From contig OX597825.1 in assembly GCA_951406725.2 (NCBI GenBank), positions 15,066,001 to 15,130,000 of the forward strand: DNA of 64,000 bases, given 5' to 3'. The position numbers were made by a program, and so were the translations under genes. Every line of letters begins with the position of its first letter. Position 1 is the stretch's first letter. Under the pieces are notes generated by a model. The model made no database searches. It was not told where the DNA came from and saw nothing but the letters and a program-made list of their open reading frames with translations. This document shows positions 11,902 through 24,480 of the stretch, piece by piece. Origin of the DNA: Octopus vulgaris (Eukaryota).

Positions 11902-13050
11902 TTAATGTCTCATATAAGGCTCCAGTTCTGTGAGTTCAATTACTGGTGGCAGTTCATCGAACTCCAACAATACTCGGGGTGGGTCAATCTTATTTCCGCA
12001 CATATCTACAAGTTTTTTATAAATTTCTTTATCGACCACAATGGCCTTTACATTTTCTGAGTATACGTCTCTGGGTAATTTTACTCTTATGATGTGTTTA
12101 AATTTCACAATTCTTTTTTCCACTTCCTTGTTTTTAGCATAAGTTACAAAATTCCACTTGTTCTTTCCCCGTCTAGGTTTTTTCCTTTCTGCTTTCTCTA
12201 CCTCTCTTGTTATATATGCCTCTATATTACTTTCCTCCTCCGATTCTGAAACCTTCTCCTTCTCTGTCTCTATTGTAAACAGTTTCTCTATCTCACCCTC
12301 ATGTAGTTGTGCTCCTGAACCTTCCACCAAATCAACTGACATCTTCAACCCCGCTTCCTTCTTCTGTAACTCATTCTCGCACACCTTTTCAATTCTTTTT
12401 CCACTTTCTTTCTCCACCATACTTTTGACATCTTCAAGGCGGTGGGCTGTCAGAAACGTTAGCACGCCGGGCGAAATATGTAGCCGTATTTCGTAGCCGT
12501 ATTTCGTAGCCGTATTTCGTAGCCGTATTTCGTTGTGAGTTCAAATTCCGCCGAGGTCGACTTTGCCTGTCATCCTTTCGGGGGTCGATAAATTAAGTAC
12601 CCGTTACGCACCGGGGCCGATGTAATCGACTTACTCTCTTTGACTGTCCTTGTTTTGTCCTCCCTATGTTTAGCCCCTTGTGAGCAATAAAGAAATACAT
12701 ACTTTTGTCATCTTTCCTTTCCACCTCTTCTTTCTTCTTTTTCTCATTAGCCGGTGGCGGGTTCACTCTTCCGTTCCTTCTTCTTTTTCTTTCAACTAGT
12801 GTGAATCCCTCCTCCGCTGTTTTCTCTTCACTCTCCACATGTACTGCCTCTTCCTTATTCTCTTACATCTCCCCCTCCATTTTTTCTGTGGGCACCACGC
12901 CTTCATGTGGCCTTTCTCACCACATCGAAAGCATACAGGCGGCCTGCCCTCCACCATCCTTCTTAGCGCAAAGCTGTCAGGCAACACTATCTCCTCCGCA
13001 ATCCCATTTAAACACATCAACATCGATAAACAAGCGGTTGACGGGGAATG
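11902..13050 (-). pseudogene. LINE ORF1-like protein with intact CX2CX4HX4C knuckle, interrupted by a SINE
   Basis: IAEEIVLPDSFALRRMVEGRPPVCFRCGEKGHMKAWCPQKK; C-terminus LEFDELPPVIELTELEPYMRH* aligns with copy 1. Confidence 0.8.
12437..12697 (+). mobile_element. SINE family A with internal 4x 13-bp repeat (tagccgtatttcg)
   Basis: Family A head and body; near-perfect TSD catacttttg(a/t)catctt at 12418-12434 and 12698-12714. Confidence 0.9.
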
Positions 13051-13085
13051 AAATACAATCGCACACACATACACACTCACATATG

Positions 13086-13137
<52 letters not shown>

Positions 13138-13155
13138 TACATATATATAATTATA

Positions 13156-13382
13156 TCACGTTGCTCCAGTTCACTCAGCTGTAGAAATGAGTTGCGATGT
13201 CACAGGTGCCAAGCTGTATCGACCTTTGTCTTTCCCTTGGATAACACTGGTGACGTGGAGAGGGGAGGCCGGTATGCATGGGCGACTACTGGTCTTCCAT
13301 AAAACAACCTTGCCCAGACTTGTGCCTCAGAGGGTAACTCTCTAGGTGCAAACCCATGGTCACTCATGACCGAAGGGGGTCT
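13156..13382 (+). mobile_element. SINE family B, 5' truncated
   Basis: cacgttgctccagttcactcagctgtagaaatgag...catgaccgaagggggtct. Confidence 0.88.
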
Positions 13383-13389
13383 TTACTTT

Positions 13390-13505
13390 TATATATATAC
13401 ATATATATAATTATATATATATACATATATACTTATATATATATATATATACATATATATAATTATATATATCTATATATATACATATATATAATTATAT
13501 ATATC

Positions 13506-13588
<83 letters not shown>
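13390..13588. repeat. Long imperfect (AT)n microsatellite
   Basis: Seen directly. Confidence 0.95.
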
Positions 13589-13738
13589 CGACGGGATTCT
13601 TTCCGTTTCCGTCTAACAAATCAACTAACAAAGCTTTGGTCGCCTCGAGGATATACCACTAGACACTTGCTGAAATTTCTACTCAGTGGGACTGAGGTCT
13701 TAGCCATGTGCTTCTTACCACACAGCCATTCCTACACC
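13587..13738 (-). mobile_element. Degenerate SINE family C 5' half
   Basis: Reverse complement resembles ggctgtgtggtaag...gtcccactg...agacggaaac. Confidence 0.75.
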
Positions 13739-14209
13739 TGATATGTATATATATATATATATATATTGAAGCAATTATTTACAAAGCTTTCTAAACAAAA
13801 CCACAATCGCACACACAAATAAACAACAACACAAACGTACACACATACAGTGAGAAAGTCGGAGATATAAGCAAAAGAACGCAACATTTTAAAACTTCCA
13901 ATAATTATAGAAAACGGTCTAAAGCAAGAAAAACTATATTCTTGGTGAAATTATTAAATCAATGAATGAAAATGAACATCCCAAAATGGAAGACAGAAGA
14001 AAAATATTATTTGCTGCTAAAAGCGTACAGATGGATATATTTTATACATTATTAAAATAGCAATTTCACAAAACAATTGAAAATCTTTTTCAACAAATCT
14101 ATTTCCAAATTTATGAACTAACCTCACCACAGAATACTATCATTTGAAGTTGTGATATATGTGTGTATGTATGAAAGTATGTACACATGTGTACGTATAT
14201 ATATATATC

Positions 14210-14398
14210 AATCACCATGATAGATCGGTAGCCACTACACACATTTCTATTCTCTCCTTGTTTCTTTCTGTGTTCCGTTCTGTGGACGAGCGTAGGCTCG
14301 AAACGTTAATGACCTTTGCAATTCCCGAGCGTTATACAAATACATCTGTTTGTTTTCTACACCAACTGTCTGCGTCGTTTAATTTTTTCGTGGATTCT

Positions 14399-14402
<4 letters not shown>
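14210..14402 (+). mobile_element. Putative Penelope-like terminal fragment in (AT)n with degenerate HHR-like motif
   Basis: gacGAGCgtagGCTCgaaacgtta at 14285-14308; a second copy lies at 18585..18767. Confidence 0.6.
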
Positions 14403-14460
<58 letters not shown>

Positions 14461-14522
14461 ATATGTATATATATACACAGTTATAGAGGGACACATATAT
14501 ACATACATAGATACACATAGGT

Positions 14523-14568
<46 letters not shown>

Positions 14569-14572
<4 letters not shown>

Positions 14573-15024
14573 ATCAATATAAGGGTAACCGCTGGTGGCA
14601 GAACATTTTTCTTGAATTTTTCGTTACCCTTATATTGATTGATTAGTGAATTTTTGACTAATTCTGAAATTTGTATCAGCAGCTTATATTTACTGCGGAG
14701 TAGATGGCGCGATTACGGTGAATTCGAAAATTTACGATATATAGACCCGAGGCTTAGATGGTGTAGCCTCGTGTATATATATCTGCCTCCTATTTTGGTG
14801 ACTTTGCTGACGAGACAAGCCAAGCGTAAACGGATTTAATTTAATTTAATTAAATTTGATTGCGTGAAGATGTTGAAACATTGCAGGGTACAAAGTTTGA
14901 AGGGGATGAATGTTTTTTATTTTCCTCTAGTTTCAGAATTACTACTATTTTTTGCGGTTTTGAGTTTAGCTGCTCTTTTCAAGTGAGTCGAACGACCTTC
15001 TCAGGGTCATTCCTTAATATTTTG

Positions 15025-15027
<3 letters not shown>
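14569..15027 (+). mobile_element. Putative Penelope-like terminal fragment between (AT)n tracts
   Basis: Begins with a 21-bp perfect inverted repeat (14569-14589/14623-14643) and contains an HHR. Confidence 0.65.
14801..14896 (+). ncRNA. Type I hammerhead ribozyme
   Basis: Stem I actttg/caaagt; core CTGACGA; stem II gaca...tgtt; GAAAC attgcagg GTA cleavage triplet at 14888-14890. Confidence 0.8.
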
Positions 15028-15066
<39 letters not shown>

Positions 15067-15101
15067 GTAAATGTAATATGTGACAATTATTCGGTAGCCA
15101 T

Positions 15102-15162
15102 GATAAAACTCCGCGTTTCGGATGCTGAGGTGGAAATCCACGCCACCGTCTCTTCAGTTATC
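15102..15162 (-). ncRNA. Type I hammerhead-like motif (imperfect stem II)
   Basis: Minus strand: gataa CTGAAGA gacggtggc-gtggatttccac-ctcagcatcc GAAAC gcgga GTT ttatc. Confidence 0.6.
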
Positions 15163-15303
15163 CGGCCATCGGAAAAACGCTATGAAAAATGACCGTTATA
15201 CAAAGGGAAATTACTGTGCGAATCACCGTTATTAAGAAAAAGAGCTATTCGAATGACCGCTAAGTGAGAGAGTAAAGTGAGGGGGTAAAAAGTTCATAGT
15301 ATT

Positions 15304-16328
15304 CGAAAGGATGAAAGGCAAAGTCGACCTCGGCAGAATTTGGACTCGGAACGTAGCGACAAACGAAATACCTATTTCTTTATTACCCACAAGGGGCTAA
15401 ACATAGAGTGGACAAACAAGGACAGGCGTAGGCATTAATTCGATTACATCGACCACAGTACGTAACTGGTACTAATTTATCGACCCCCGAAAGGATAAAA
15501 GGCAAAGTCGACCTCCGCGCAATTTGAACTCAGACCGTAACGACAGACGAAACACCTATTTCATTATTAACCATAAGGGGCTAAACACAGAGGGGACAAA
15601 CAAGGACAGACATAGGTATTAAGTCGATTACATCGAGCCCAGGGCGTAACTGGTACTTAATTTATCGACCCCGAAAGGATGAAAGGCAAAGTCGACCTCG
15701 GCGGAATTTGAACTCACAACGTAACGACGGACAAAATACTTATTTCTTTATTACCCACAAGGGGCTAAACATAGAGGGGACAAACATGGACAGACATAGG
15801 TATTAAGTCGATTATATTGACCCCAGTGCGTAACTGGTACTTAATTTATCGACCCCGAAAGGATGAAAGGCAAAGTCGACCTCGGCGGAATTTGAACTCA
15901 CAACGTAACGACGGACGAAATACCTATTTCTTTATTACCCAAAAGGGGCTAAACATAGAGGGGACAAACATGGACAGACATAGGTATTAAGTCCATTATA
16001 TCGACCCCAGTGCGTAACTGGTACTTAATTTATCGACCCCGAAAGGATGAAAGGCAAAGTCGACCTCGGCGGAATTTGAACTCAGAACGTAGTAGCAGAC
16101 GAAATACCTATTTCTTTACTACCCAGAAGGGGCTAAACACAGAGAGGACAGACACACGGATTAAATCGAATATACGACCCCAGTGCGTAACTGGCACTTA
16201 TTTAATCGACCCCGAAAAGATGAAAGGCAAAGTCGACCTCGGCGGAGTTTGAACTCACAACTTAACGACAGACGAAATACCGCTAAGCATTTTTCCTGCC
16301 GCGCTAACGTTTCTACCAGCTCGCCGCC
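15304..16328 (-). repeat. Tandem multimer of the SINE family A body (184-bp period) with a single tRNA-like head
   Basis: cgaaa(g/a)g unit starts at 15304, 15488, 15672, 15856, 16040 and 16213; SINE 5' head occurs only at about 16280-16328. Confidence 0.93.
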
Positions 16329-16807
16329 TTCTGTGAGCATATGGTGTCTGCGCAAATATTTGCCCCCAGCAAACTAATAGAACATTGTGTCACGCGTTCA
16401 CGCATGCGATGAATAAATTTAATTTATACATCAATGTTTCAATTTTGTCTTCGTGTATTGTTTTGCAACAGTAGTTACTTAAATTACGCTTTATTTTTTA
16501 CGAGCATTTCTACAGAAAGTGAAAATTATTAGCAGCAAACAATGATAAAATTGCTTTACAATGTGATGATAATTGACACGAACCGAAATGTTATCATGGC
16601 TGTTTCTCAGATAACAATATTTAATATCTATGGACATTTATTAAAGTAAACATCTGCCGTATCCTATACATAATTCATTGAAACCAATTCATTTCCCAGA
16701 CGACACTTCGATAGACAAGTAAAAGCGTCATAAAATTACTTTCCTATGATGATATACACATACACACACACACGTATATATACTTTTTATAAATATATGT
16801 GTGCGTG

Positions 16808-16898
<91 letters not shown>

Positions 16899-17509
16899 TA
16901 GCTATGTACCTGTGAGTGTGTGTATAATATTTGAGGCAGAAAATATACTACTGTATAATTATTTAATTTATTTCTCGGGTAGGCATCTTCGGCATCACAA
17001 TTTAGATTTCCTTATCGATATAAGATTTATTTAAATGATATATACAATTAAATGGACTTCAAACTGTTCCATCTGGTGCGTGGCCATTATCGCCTTTGTA
17101 TCCCACGCAAATCTCATGAAAACTAAAACTGAAATTAATTATGATTTAGGATTTTAAAATTGTCTTCCTTAACTTGTAAAAATAATACTTTATCTAAAAT
17201 GTCACAGCATAAAGGAAATACGTATTGGTAAAACAATATATTTCGAATCACTGTTAATGTAAAGGTATTATCGTTTGTGAAAGGAAATCGTATAATGGGG
17301 GATAAATCAAACTTCCATGATAGGAGCTTAAAACTCCACAAGCACTACGACTGGAAACGCTAACATGTCCTTATTAGACTATAAAATGTGTATAACTTTA
17401 TTCTGAGTATGGCAATTGACAGCGAGTTAGAAACTTGTTAATAGCAGAAAACTTATATGATGATTTCTATATAGCGAAAAGATATTTCTGCAAATTGAGA
17501 ATTTAAAAT

Positions 17510-17720
17510 TTTATTTCCGATTGTGGGGCAAGGCCAGCAAATTTGAGAGGTGTGCCACTCGATTACAATGCCACCTGTGTTGAAGTTGTATTTATTTTGT
17601 CGTCCCACAGAAGAATTTAAAAAAAGAGGACTTCGACGGAATTTGAACATCGAAAGGGAAGATTCGGAAAAACTCTTCTCGGCATTTTACGCAACGCGCC
17701 TCTGAATGTTTGCATGTAAC
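17510..17720 (-). mobile_element. Highly degenerate SINE family A
   Basis: Remnants tcgattaca...cgacggaatttgaac...cggcatttt. Confidence 0.5.
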
Positions 17721-17866
17721 TACCATATTACAATGCTCTAATTTCCGCTAATCAGACACGAAGATCTGTAAAATAATCAGAAGAGTACCTAATATATCGT
17801 TTAGATATATATAGAAAGGTGACAACTTCTGAAAGAATTATTTCTGTTATATTACGTTAACATTAT

Positions 17867-18165
17867 GGCGGCACATGGCCTAGTGGTTAGAGCAGCGGAT
17901 TGCAGTCGAGGGATGGCGGGTTCGAATCTCAGACCGGGCGATATGTGTGTTTATGAGTGAAACACCTAACCTCCACGCGGCTCCGGCAGAAGGTAATGGC
18001 GAACTTCTGCTGACTCTTTCGCCACAACTTTCTTTCACTCTTTCCTCCTGAATCTTGCAGCTCACCTGCGACGGACCGGCGTCGCGTCCAGGTGGGGAAC
18101 CTATACGCCAAGGAAACCGGCAAACCGGCCATTATAAGCCAGAAGTGGCTCGAGAAGGAACAACA
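17867..18165 (+). mobile_element. tRNA-derived SINE, family D
   Basis: tggcctagtggttagagc...gggttcgaatctc head; cctgcgacggaccggcgtcgcgtccagg domain. Confidence 0.85.
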
Positions 18166-18584
18166 GAAAATGTTCCTTCTAAAGAATAAACAACAACGTT
18201 AAGACTATTTACATCAAGCACAAATATTTCAAAACTTGATTGTAAAAAAAGGCAAAAAAAAACATTGTGTTAAAAACGCATTTCAGAGATGGAACACATT
18301 CCACTATCAATTCAATTCACAAGGTATAAATTTCAAAAACATTTATATGCTTCGCTCTTGTATAGAAGCCTATTTATTCTCAAATAATGACCAACGCAAT
18401 AAATCAAAGCAGTACATATCCTCAGACATGCCCCTGTTCTCAAGAATTTACGATGCGAGTTTTCTCTCATTCAAGCCTATTTTCACTGAAATATGATTGA
18501 GATGCAATTTCTGAGCTAATAAGCGATGCTTTAGGTTTTAGGTTTGATGTATGGATGTATGTATATATATATGGATTTTGCCAC

Positions 18585-18763
18585 GATAGATCGTTAGCCA
18601 CTACACACATTTTTTTCTCTCCTTGTTTTTTTCTGTGTCCCGTTATGTAGAAGAGCGTAGGCTCGAAACGTAAAATACTTTTTCTATTCCTGAGCATTAT
18701 ACTAATATATGTGTTTGTTTTCTACGCCACCTGTCTTCGTATTTTGTATTTTTCGTAAACTCT

Positions 18764-18767
<4 letters not shown>
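18585..18767 (+). mobile_element. Second copy of the 14210 Penelope-like fragment in (AT)n
   Basis: atagatcgttagccactacacacat...gaagagcgtaggctcgaaacgta...ctccctatata. Confidence 0.65.
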
Positions 18768-18807
<40 letters not shown>

Positions 18808-18934
18808 CCATATATATACATACATAGATATATATGTATGTATGTATGTATTTATGTATGTATGTATGTATGTATGTATGTATGTATGTATGTATGTATG
18901 TATGTATATACGTATGTATGTATTTGTGTGTCAG

Positions 18935-19090
18935 TGTTTACGTCTCCGTAACATAGTGGTTCGGCAAATGAGACCGATAGAGTAAGAACTAAGCTTACAA
19001 AGAATAAGTCCTGGGGTCGATTTCTTCGACTAAAGGCAGAGCTTCAGTATGGCCATAATGAAATGACTGAAACAAGTAAAAGAATAAACG
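18935..19090 (+). mobile_element. SINE family C 3' part
   Basis: ggttcggcaaatgagaccgatag...aaatgactgaaacaagtaaaaga. Confidence 0.85.
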
Positions 19091-21399
19091 AATGTATATT
19101 CGATTACCGAAGGGTGCGCCTGTTCGTCTATAACTACTCAAATGATGCATACACAAGCCGCTATACGGGCAAGATTACCGATGGCTCTATTCGTTCTCTC
19201 TGCCTCTTTCTCTGTTTTTCTCTTTCTTCCATATCAAATTACTGCTCGCCTTACATTTGTCTGATAATTTCAATTATAAACTTCAACTTCTTCACTTCTA
19301 AAATATAATTTTTTTATCTATTCAGCAATCACACACAAACACACACACTTTTGCTCACATACATACGCGTGTGCGTGCGTACAAAAACGTATGAGCAACG
19401 CATTATTCCAATGCGTACATTATAGAACATCAGTAGAAATAAAAATAATATTAATAACGTTTCGCAGAAGAAATATCTAAAATATTAGCACACTTTCTTA
19501 TTAGCAAGAAACTTTTTATCACATCTCAAATTTATTTTTTACCTTATATCATTTTAGATCTTCAGATTTTACCCTTTAGAGGATCACAGGTCCGGAAACT
19601 GCCAACAAACGTGTTATTTTAGTTTAACAAGAAAATATTTACTTTTAAATTTTCAAACGATTTTTAAAATTTTTATTATATTATTATTGTTTTTTTCAGT
19701 TAGCCACTTATTACTGTTGAGGGATTTAATGCGGTATGTTTTGTTGATGTTTATGAATTTATTTTACATCGGAAATGAATATTTTGTTTACACTTGGAAG
19801 CACTTCTTGTGTAGCCTACTGTAAATTTAAAATACCTCTACCAGATTTTCTTAAGTCGGATAATCAATTACATATACATGTACAAGAATACACAATCACA
19901 GAAGTTTGTGTGTGTGTGTGTATATATATATGCACACACACACACACACACACACACGCATATATATGTATATATTTATTTATTTGCAAGCATTGTAAGG
20001 TATTTTAATAGTAAGAGCAGCAAGGTAGAGTCAAGAACAACATACGGATGTATCAATAGCGCATATAGACATACATATTCTTAATAGTGTAAATACGATT
20101 TCCTCTTCTAGTTAGGCATACATCCACAAATATACACAAGGCGTACCCTAGCATGCAGCCCACAGTCAACTGTAGGTTCAGGATCGAACGTAAGATTCGG
20201 AGTGTGGTGTAGTATAAATAATAACACACATGGGCTGCGTTTCACTACAGCTGTTTCACACATCCATTTTAATTGATGAACGAATAATTTACATCTTTAA
20301 AAAAAAATCGTTTTCTTCAGCTGCATTAAATTTAGACTCCAAAATTTAATGTCACCAATAAAGTCACGATGAATTCATATACGTGTTCTCTTGCGCTTTA
20401 CCTTGGATTTATTTCGCTTTGTTCCTGCCTTACACTCCAATTATATATATATATACATAAACAAACAAATGCCGAAAGTGCGCAGATACTTCCACTTCAT
20501 ATATGTTGCAACCACGATAAAGAGAGTTTCAAAGACCACGATAAAAAGAGTTGCAAAGACGTCGAGCGCATAGATTGCGATGATATAAACATATTCATTT
20601 GAAAAATCCCGACACCTAGAAGAAACCGGTTATGTAATGCTAGCCAGAAAGAATATTTAATATTGTTACACTTGTTTCTGTCGCTTCAATTTCTCATTAA
20701 ATAATTGACATAATTCTCTTAACATTTTTTGTCTATTTTTATCCATTTTTGTTTATATAACACGACCTGTACAGAAATATTTAAATATTATACACTCTTT
20801 ACATACACATGCATACCTTACATACATTACGCGCATGCATGCACATACACACTCACAGGCGTATATATATATATGTTGTATGAATGTATATATATATACA
20901 CACACACAAGAGGAAGGAGGCAGAGGCAGAGAGACGGAAGCGGGGTCAAAAACACTGAGAGACTTTAACGCCGTATGATTTATTGGTTTTAGCCTCTGGA
21001 GATAACATACAGCTGGACCTGACCAACTTGAATAAATCTATGATCACAACATAATTTCATAAAGAGAATAAATCATGAACAATGGAGATTTGTCACTAAA
21101 TATGGAAAGATGATTGCATTCCACCACTTATAATTTATTTTCTCTAATATTTTGCCTGCCACAACTGATAAGATGGCAAGTAAGCTTGGAAACCGCTTTC
21201 TACTTTCATGGACGATCTTAACGTTTCTGACACTTATTACGGCCAGTTATTTATTATGAAAATCTATCACTACACAATTGAGATTGCTCATATTCGTATA
21301 GTAGTGTCATTTTATGAACCTAACTTTTACATGATATTACCAATCATTTTCTTGCTTCGAAGTCCACTGTCTTGAAAAATGAAAGATTTCGCCTTCTCT

Positions 21400-22200
21400 C
21401 GAAAGCTTCTAATTTCTTATGATATCAACAACATACAATTTTCGATGGTAAGAACAAAGATTCCAGAACATAGAGAGAAATCGTAATGATTGCTTTAGTC
21501 AGATAATAGGACACCTATCGTATTTACAGTAGATGTGGGGTCGTGTCCCAGGGATGGTTTCTGCCCAATAATGTTTTTGAACCCAATATGTACATGCTGT
21601 GAAGTTTAGCCTAGAGATTCACAGTTCCAAAAATAATTCTAAAGACTCCTGCTTTGTGTCAAACGGAAATGCAAACCGATATTCACGATATGCATCTAGG
21701 CAGTGTTGTGTTTAAATGCCACTCATAAATTCGTTGACCAACCTGAGGCTTCATCAAAACATATTAGCCAAAGGCTTTGCGTTGTGGAATCATGCTATAA
21801 AAATATTACTATTCAACTGCGAGATCAAACAGTTATGCCTTGTTTGCTTTGCATGTGAGTCAAGAAAATCAGCCTCAGAAGCAAGCCTGTGAAATGATAA
21901 AGCATTCGATATTAGAGGAAGTTATGAATACCATTTCTTACGTTGGAATGTTAACCGAGATACCATGACTTCATCCGTTAATTATCTCTGAAAGTACAAA
22001 ACAGTATCGTGTACAGAGAAGGACGATGAATAACTTTTAATTAGGATTCTTAACTCGGCCAACTGTAATCCCATGGATTTACTTATGTGCGGGCAGCAGT
22101 TGAGAAAGACACCAACCGCTCTGGCTGCAACACCAGGGCAGAGTTGTTGACCATTTTCAAGGATGCGTTTTCTCAGGGACAAAGGGACATATACGCCAGG
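21400..22200 (+). pseudogene. Heavily decayed Ty3/Gypsy-type pol (integrase) relic
   Basis: EMQTDIHDMHLG (zinc-binding HHCC-like segment, about 21665-21700) and LLMCGQQLRKTP (like SPAELLMGRxLRTTLP, about 22080-22115); many stops; boundaries approximate. Confidence 0.55.
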
Positions 22201-24295
22201 TTCCAGAGCCGGTTCGAGGGCGTGACAGAAGCTGAGAGCTGATATTTTCAATAAACTGCTATCTCAAAGCCATAATTTAGTTGATCATTTTTTAATGTTT
22301 AAAAAACCTTTCTTTTTAGACGGGATACTGTGCTTTGTTTCTCCTTTTTGCTCATTGAGAAATTTAGCCCAAACACGATGTCATAGATAGATAGCTGTGA
22401 ATAGAGTACATTAGACCCTACTACGAACATGAAATGTTCCTTTAAAATAATTTCAATGATCATTTCTGTTTTATCAACGGATTTATATAACGTTTGATGT
22501 CGATTTTGTCATGTATAATATATAACCTATCAAACTTTTCTACACACCGAACGTGTGGTTCTTACATTCGTACCCTTAATTACTAATGACTACATTACAC
22601 TTACAATAATTATTGTCTAGATTAATTTTTAAAACATATTTAAAATTTACGAATGTATAATATGATGTTGCCATTATTCTAGATGTGTTAAATCTATCAC
22701 TCCAGGAATATTTACATTGCTATATTTTGACCGTTTTGTTAAAATATGGAGCACTTACGTGAAAAATAATTGTATTTACACGTCACCAAACACAGCAGTA
22801 TATATAATATATGATGCTCATATGCACATACATACGTATTTCTATCTTACTGTCTGTCTTATGTATAGGTATAAATTTACGTATACATACATACATGCGA
22901 AAGAGAATGTCACCATTGAACGCACATATGAGTTTATATGTGACAACATATTCTTTTATGTATATCTTTATATCAATTATATTTATTGGCGTGCACTCTT
23001 GAAAGCAGATATACCATATGTACATAACAATAAAATTCAATTTTATCTCGACTTCAATTGATATTTTGTACTTGAAATTTCACACCGTTCACAAAAATAA
23101 AAATAAAAAAATTTTATTTGAAATACTTTGAATTTCGATAAGTATATTTCATATATAAATAAAGTGAAATGCACTTCTTTTATATTCAAATTGATCACGT
23201 TACCAACCGTCTCTCGGAAAAGTCTATTCTCTATGGAATACAGGGATTAAGAACATAATATACGGAATTGACCGCACTACGGGTATTTATAATTTCATGT
23301 GAGCTTACGAATAATGCAGTACTTAATGCTATTGTTGTTTATCAAATGATCAGACCTGACCTTTATTACGCTTGCTATAAAATTCTCTCTAGACAAGAAC
23401 ATTATATCAATACACGTGCACGCGCGTATATAGGGTGGCGGAGGGGAAAGTAGCCCGGGTTCTGCAGCAAAGTGTAAATACAGAGATAAATTTGCATATG
23501 CTGGAAAGGCCTTAGCTTCATAGATTTTGAAAATGGTTGCCTCTAGTATCACTACACAGCTGTTCATCTCAAAACATGTTTAGATACACTCGGTTTAAAA
23601 TAGTGGTATCAATTGCGCCGACAGCATGCGTGGTATCGTCCTTCATTCCTATATCATGTGCAAATAGTTCATTCGTAAACTGTTCTCTTCAAACGTTCTC
23701 AGAGGTATAAACTAAACGTTGAAAGGGAAGAAGGACGTGGTAGCCACGAAACTTTTTAATAACTGCGCTCCCCAAGAAAAAAACCCGATGGAACCGCTAC
23801 ATAGAAACAAGAGAAATTTAACAAACCGCTTTGTTCTTTTGCAAGAAATACACTTGTCTTTCATCTTCAGTGATGTGAGCACAAAATTGGTCTAAAATGT
23901 TCTTGCAGACCTCCTTGTTTAGAATTCTCTCAGGATATATCACTCCCATAATGCCTTTCCCTGAAACAGTTCACCGAACATGTATGTGTTTTTTTTTTTC
24001 TTGGAGTGGCTGCTCATACATAAGTTGAGTATTCTCCTCCGCCCAATGCCGTTTGTTTTACGAATTTATGTGGCCAGGATAATAAAACCATGCCTCACCA
24101 AACATTATATACTGGAATCGGTATAATCCACCATTAGCCATGCTATTAAGAAGACGTGTGAAATAATTCACTCGTTATATATATTTTTAGGCAGAATGGT
24201 ATACATATAAGATTCCAATACCTTATGAGTAAAATCTAATATATATATATATTCATATATGTACATTATTACGTCCGTATATATAAATATATACT

Positions 24296-24480
24296 GACTC
24301 TTTCACCACAACTTTCACTCACTTTTTCTTCCTGCATCTTGCAGCTCCCCTGCGATGGACCGACGTCCCGTCTAGGTGGGGAACCTGTACGCCAAGGAAA
24401 CGGAGAAACCGGCCCTTATGAACCAGTCGTTGCTCAAGAAGGAACAAACAACTGTTCCTTCGAAAGGATGAACAACAAAA
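24296..24480 (+). mobile_element. SINE family D 3' part
   Basis: Matches 18012..18165. Confidence 0.85.

Larger units (their letters stand above)
11577..13050 (-). mobile_element. ORF1-only non-LTR retroelement, copy 2 (5' truncated)
   Basis: Paralogous ORF and 3' UTR to copy 1; its tail aataaagaaac abuts the head of copy 1. Confidence 0.75.

Noticed and set aside
15304-16328. CRISPR-like regular repeat
   Set aside because: Entire units repeat with no unique spacers; eukaryotic SINE-derived; no cas genes.
17867-17940. tRNA-like sequence (also at 6134, 6742, 8635 and 55322)
   Set aside because: SINE heads that continue into SINE bodies; no complete cloverleaf with a paired acceptor stem.
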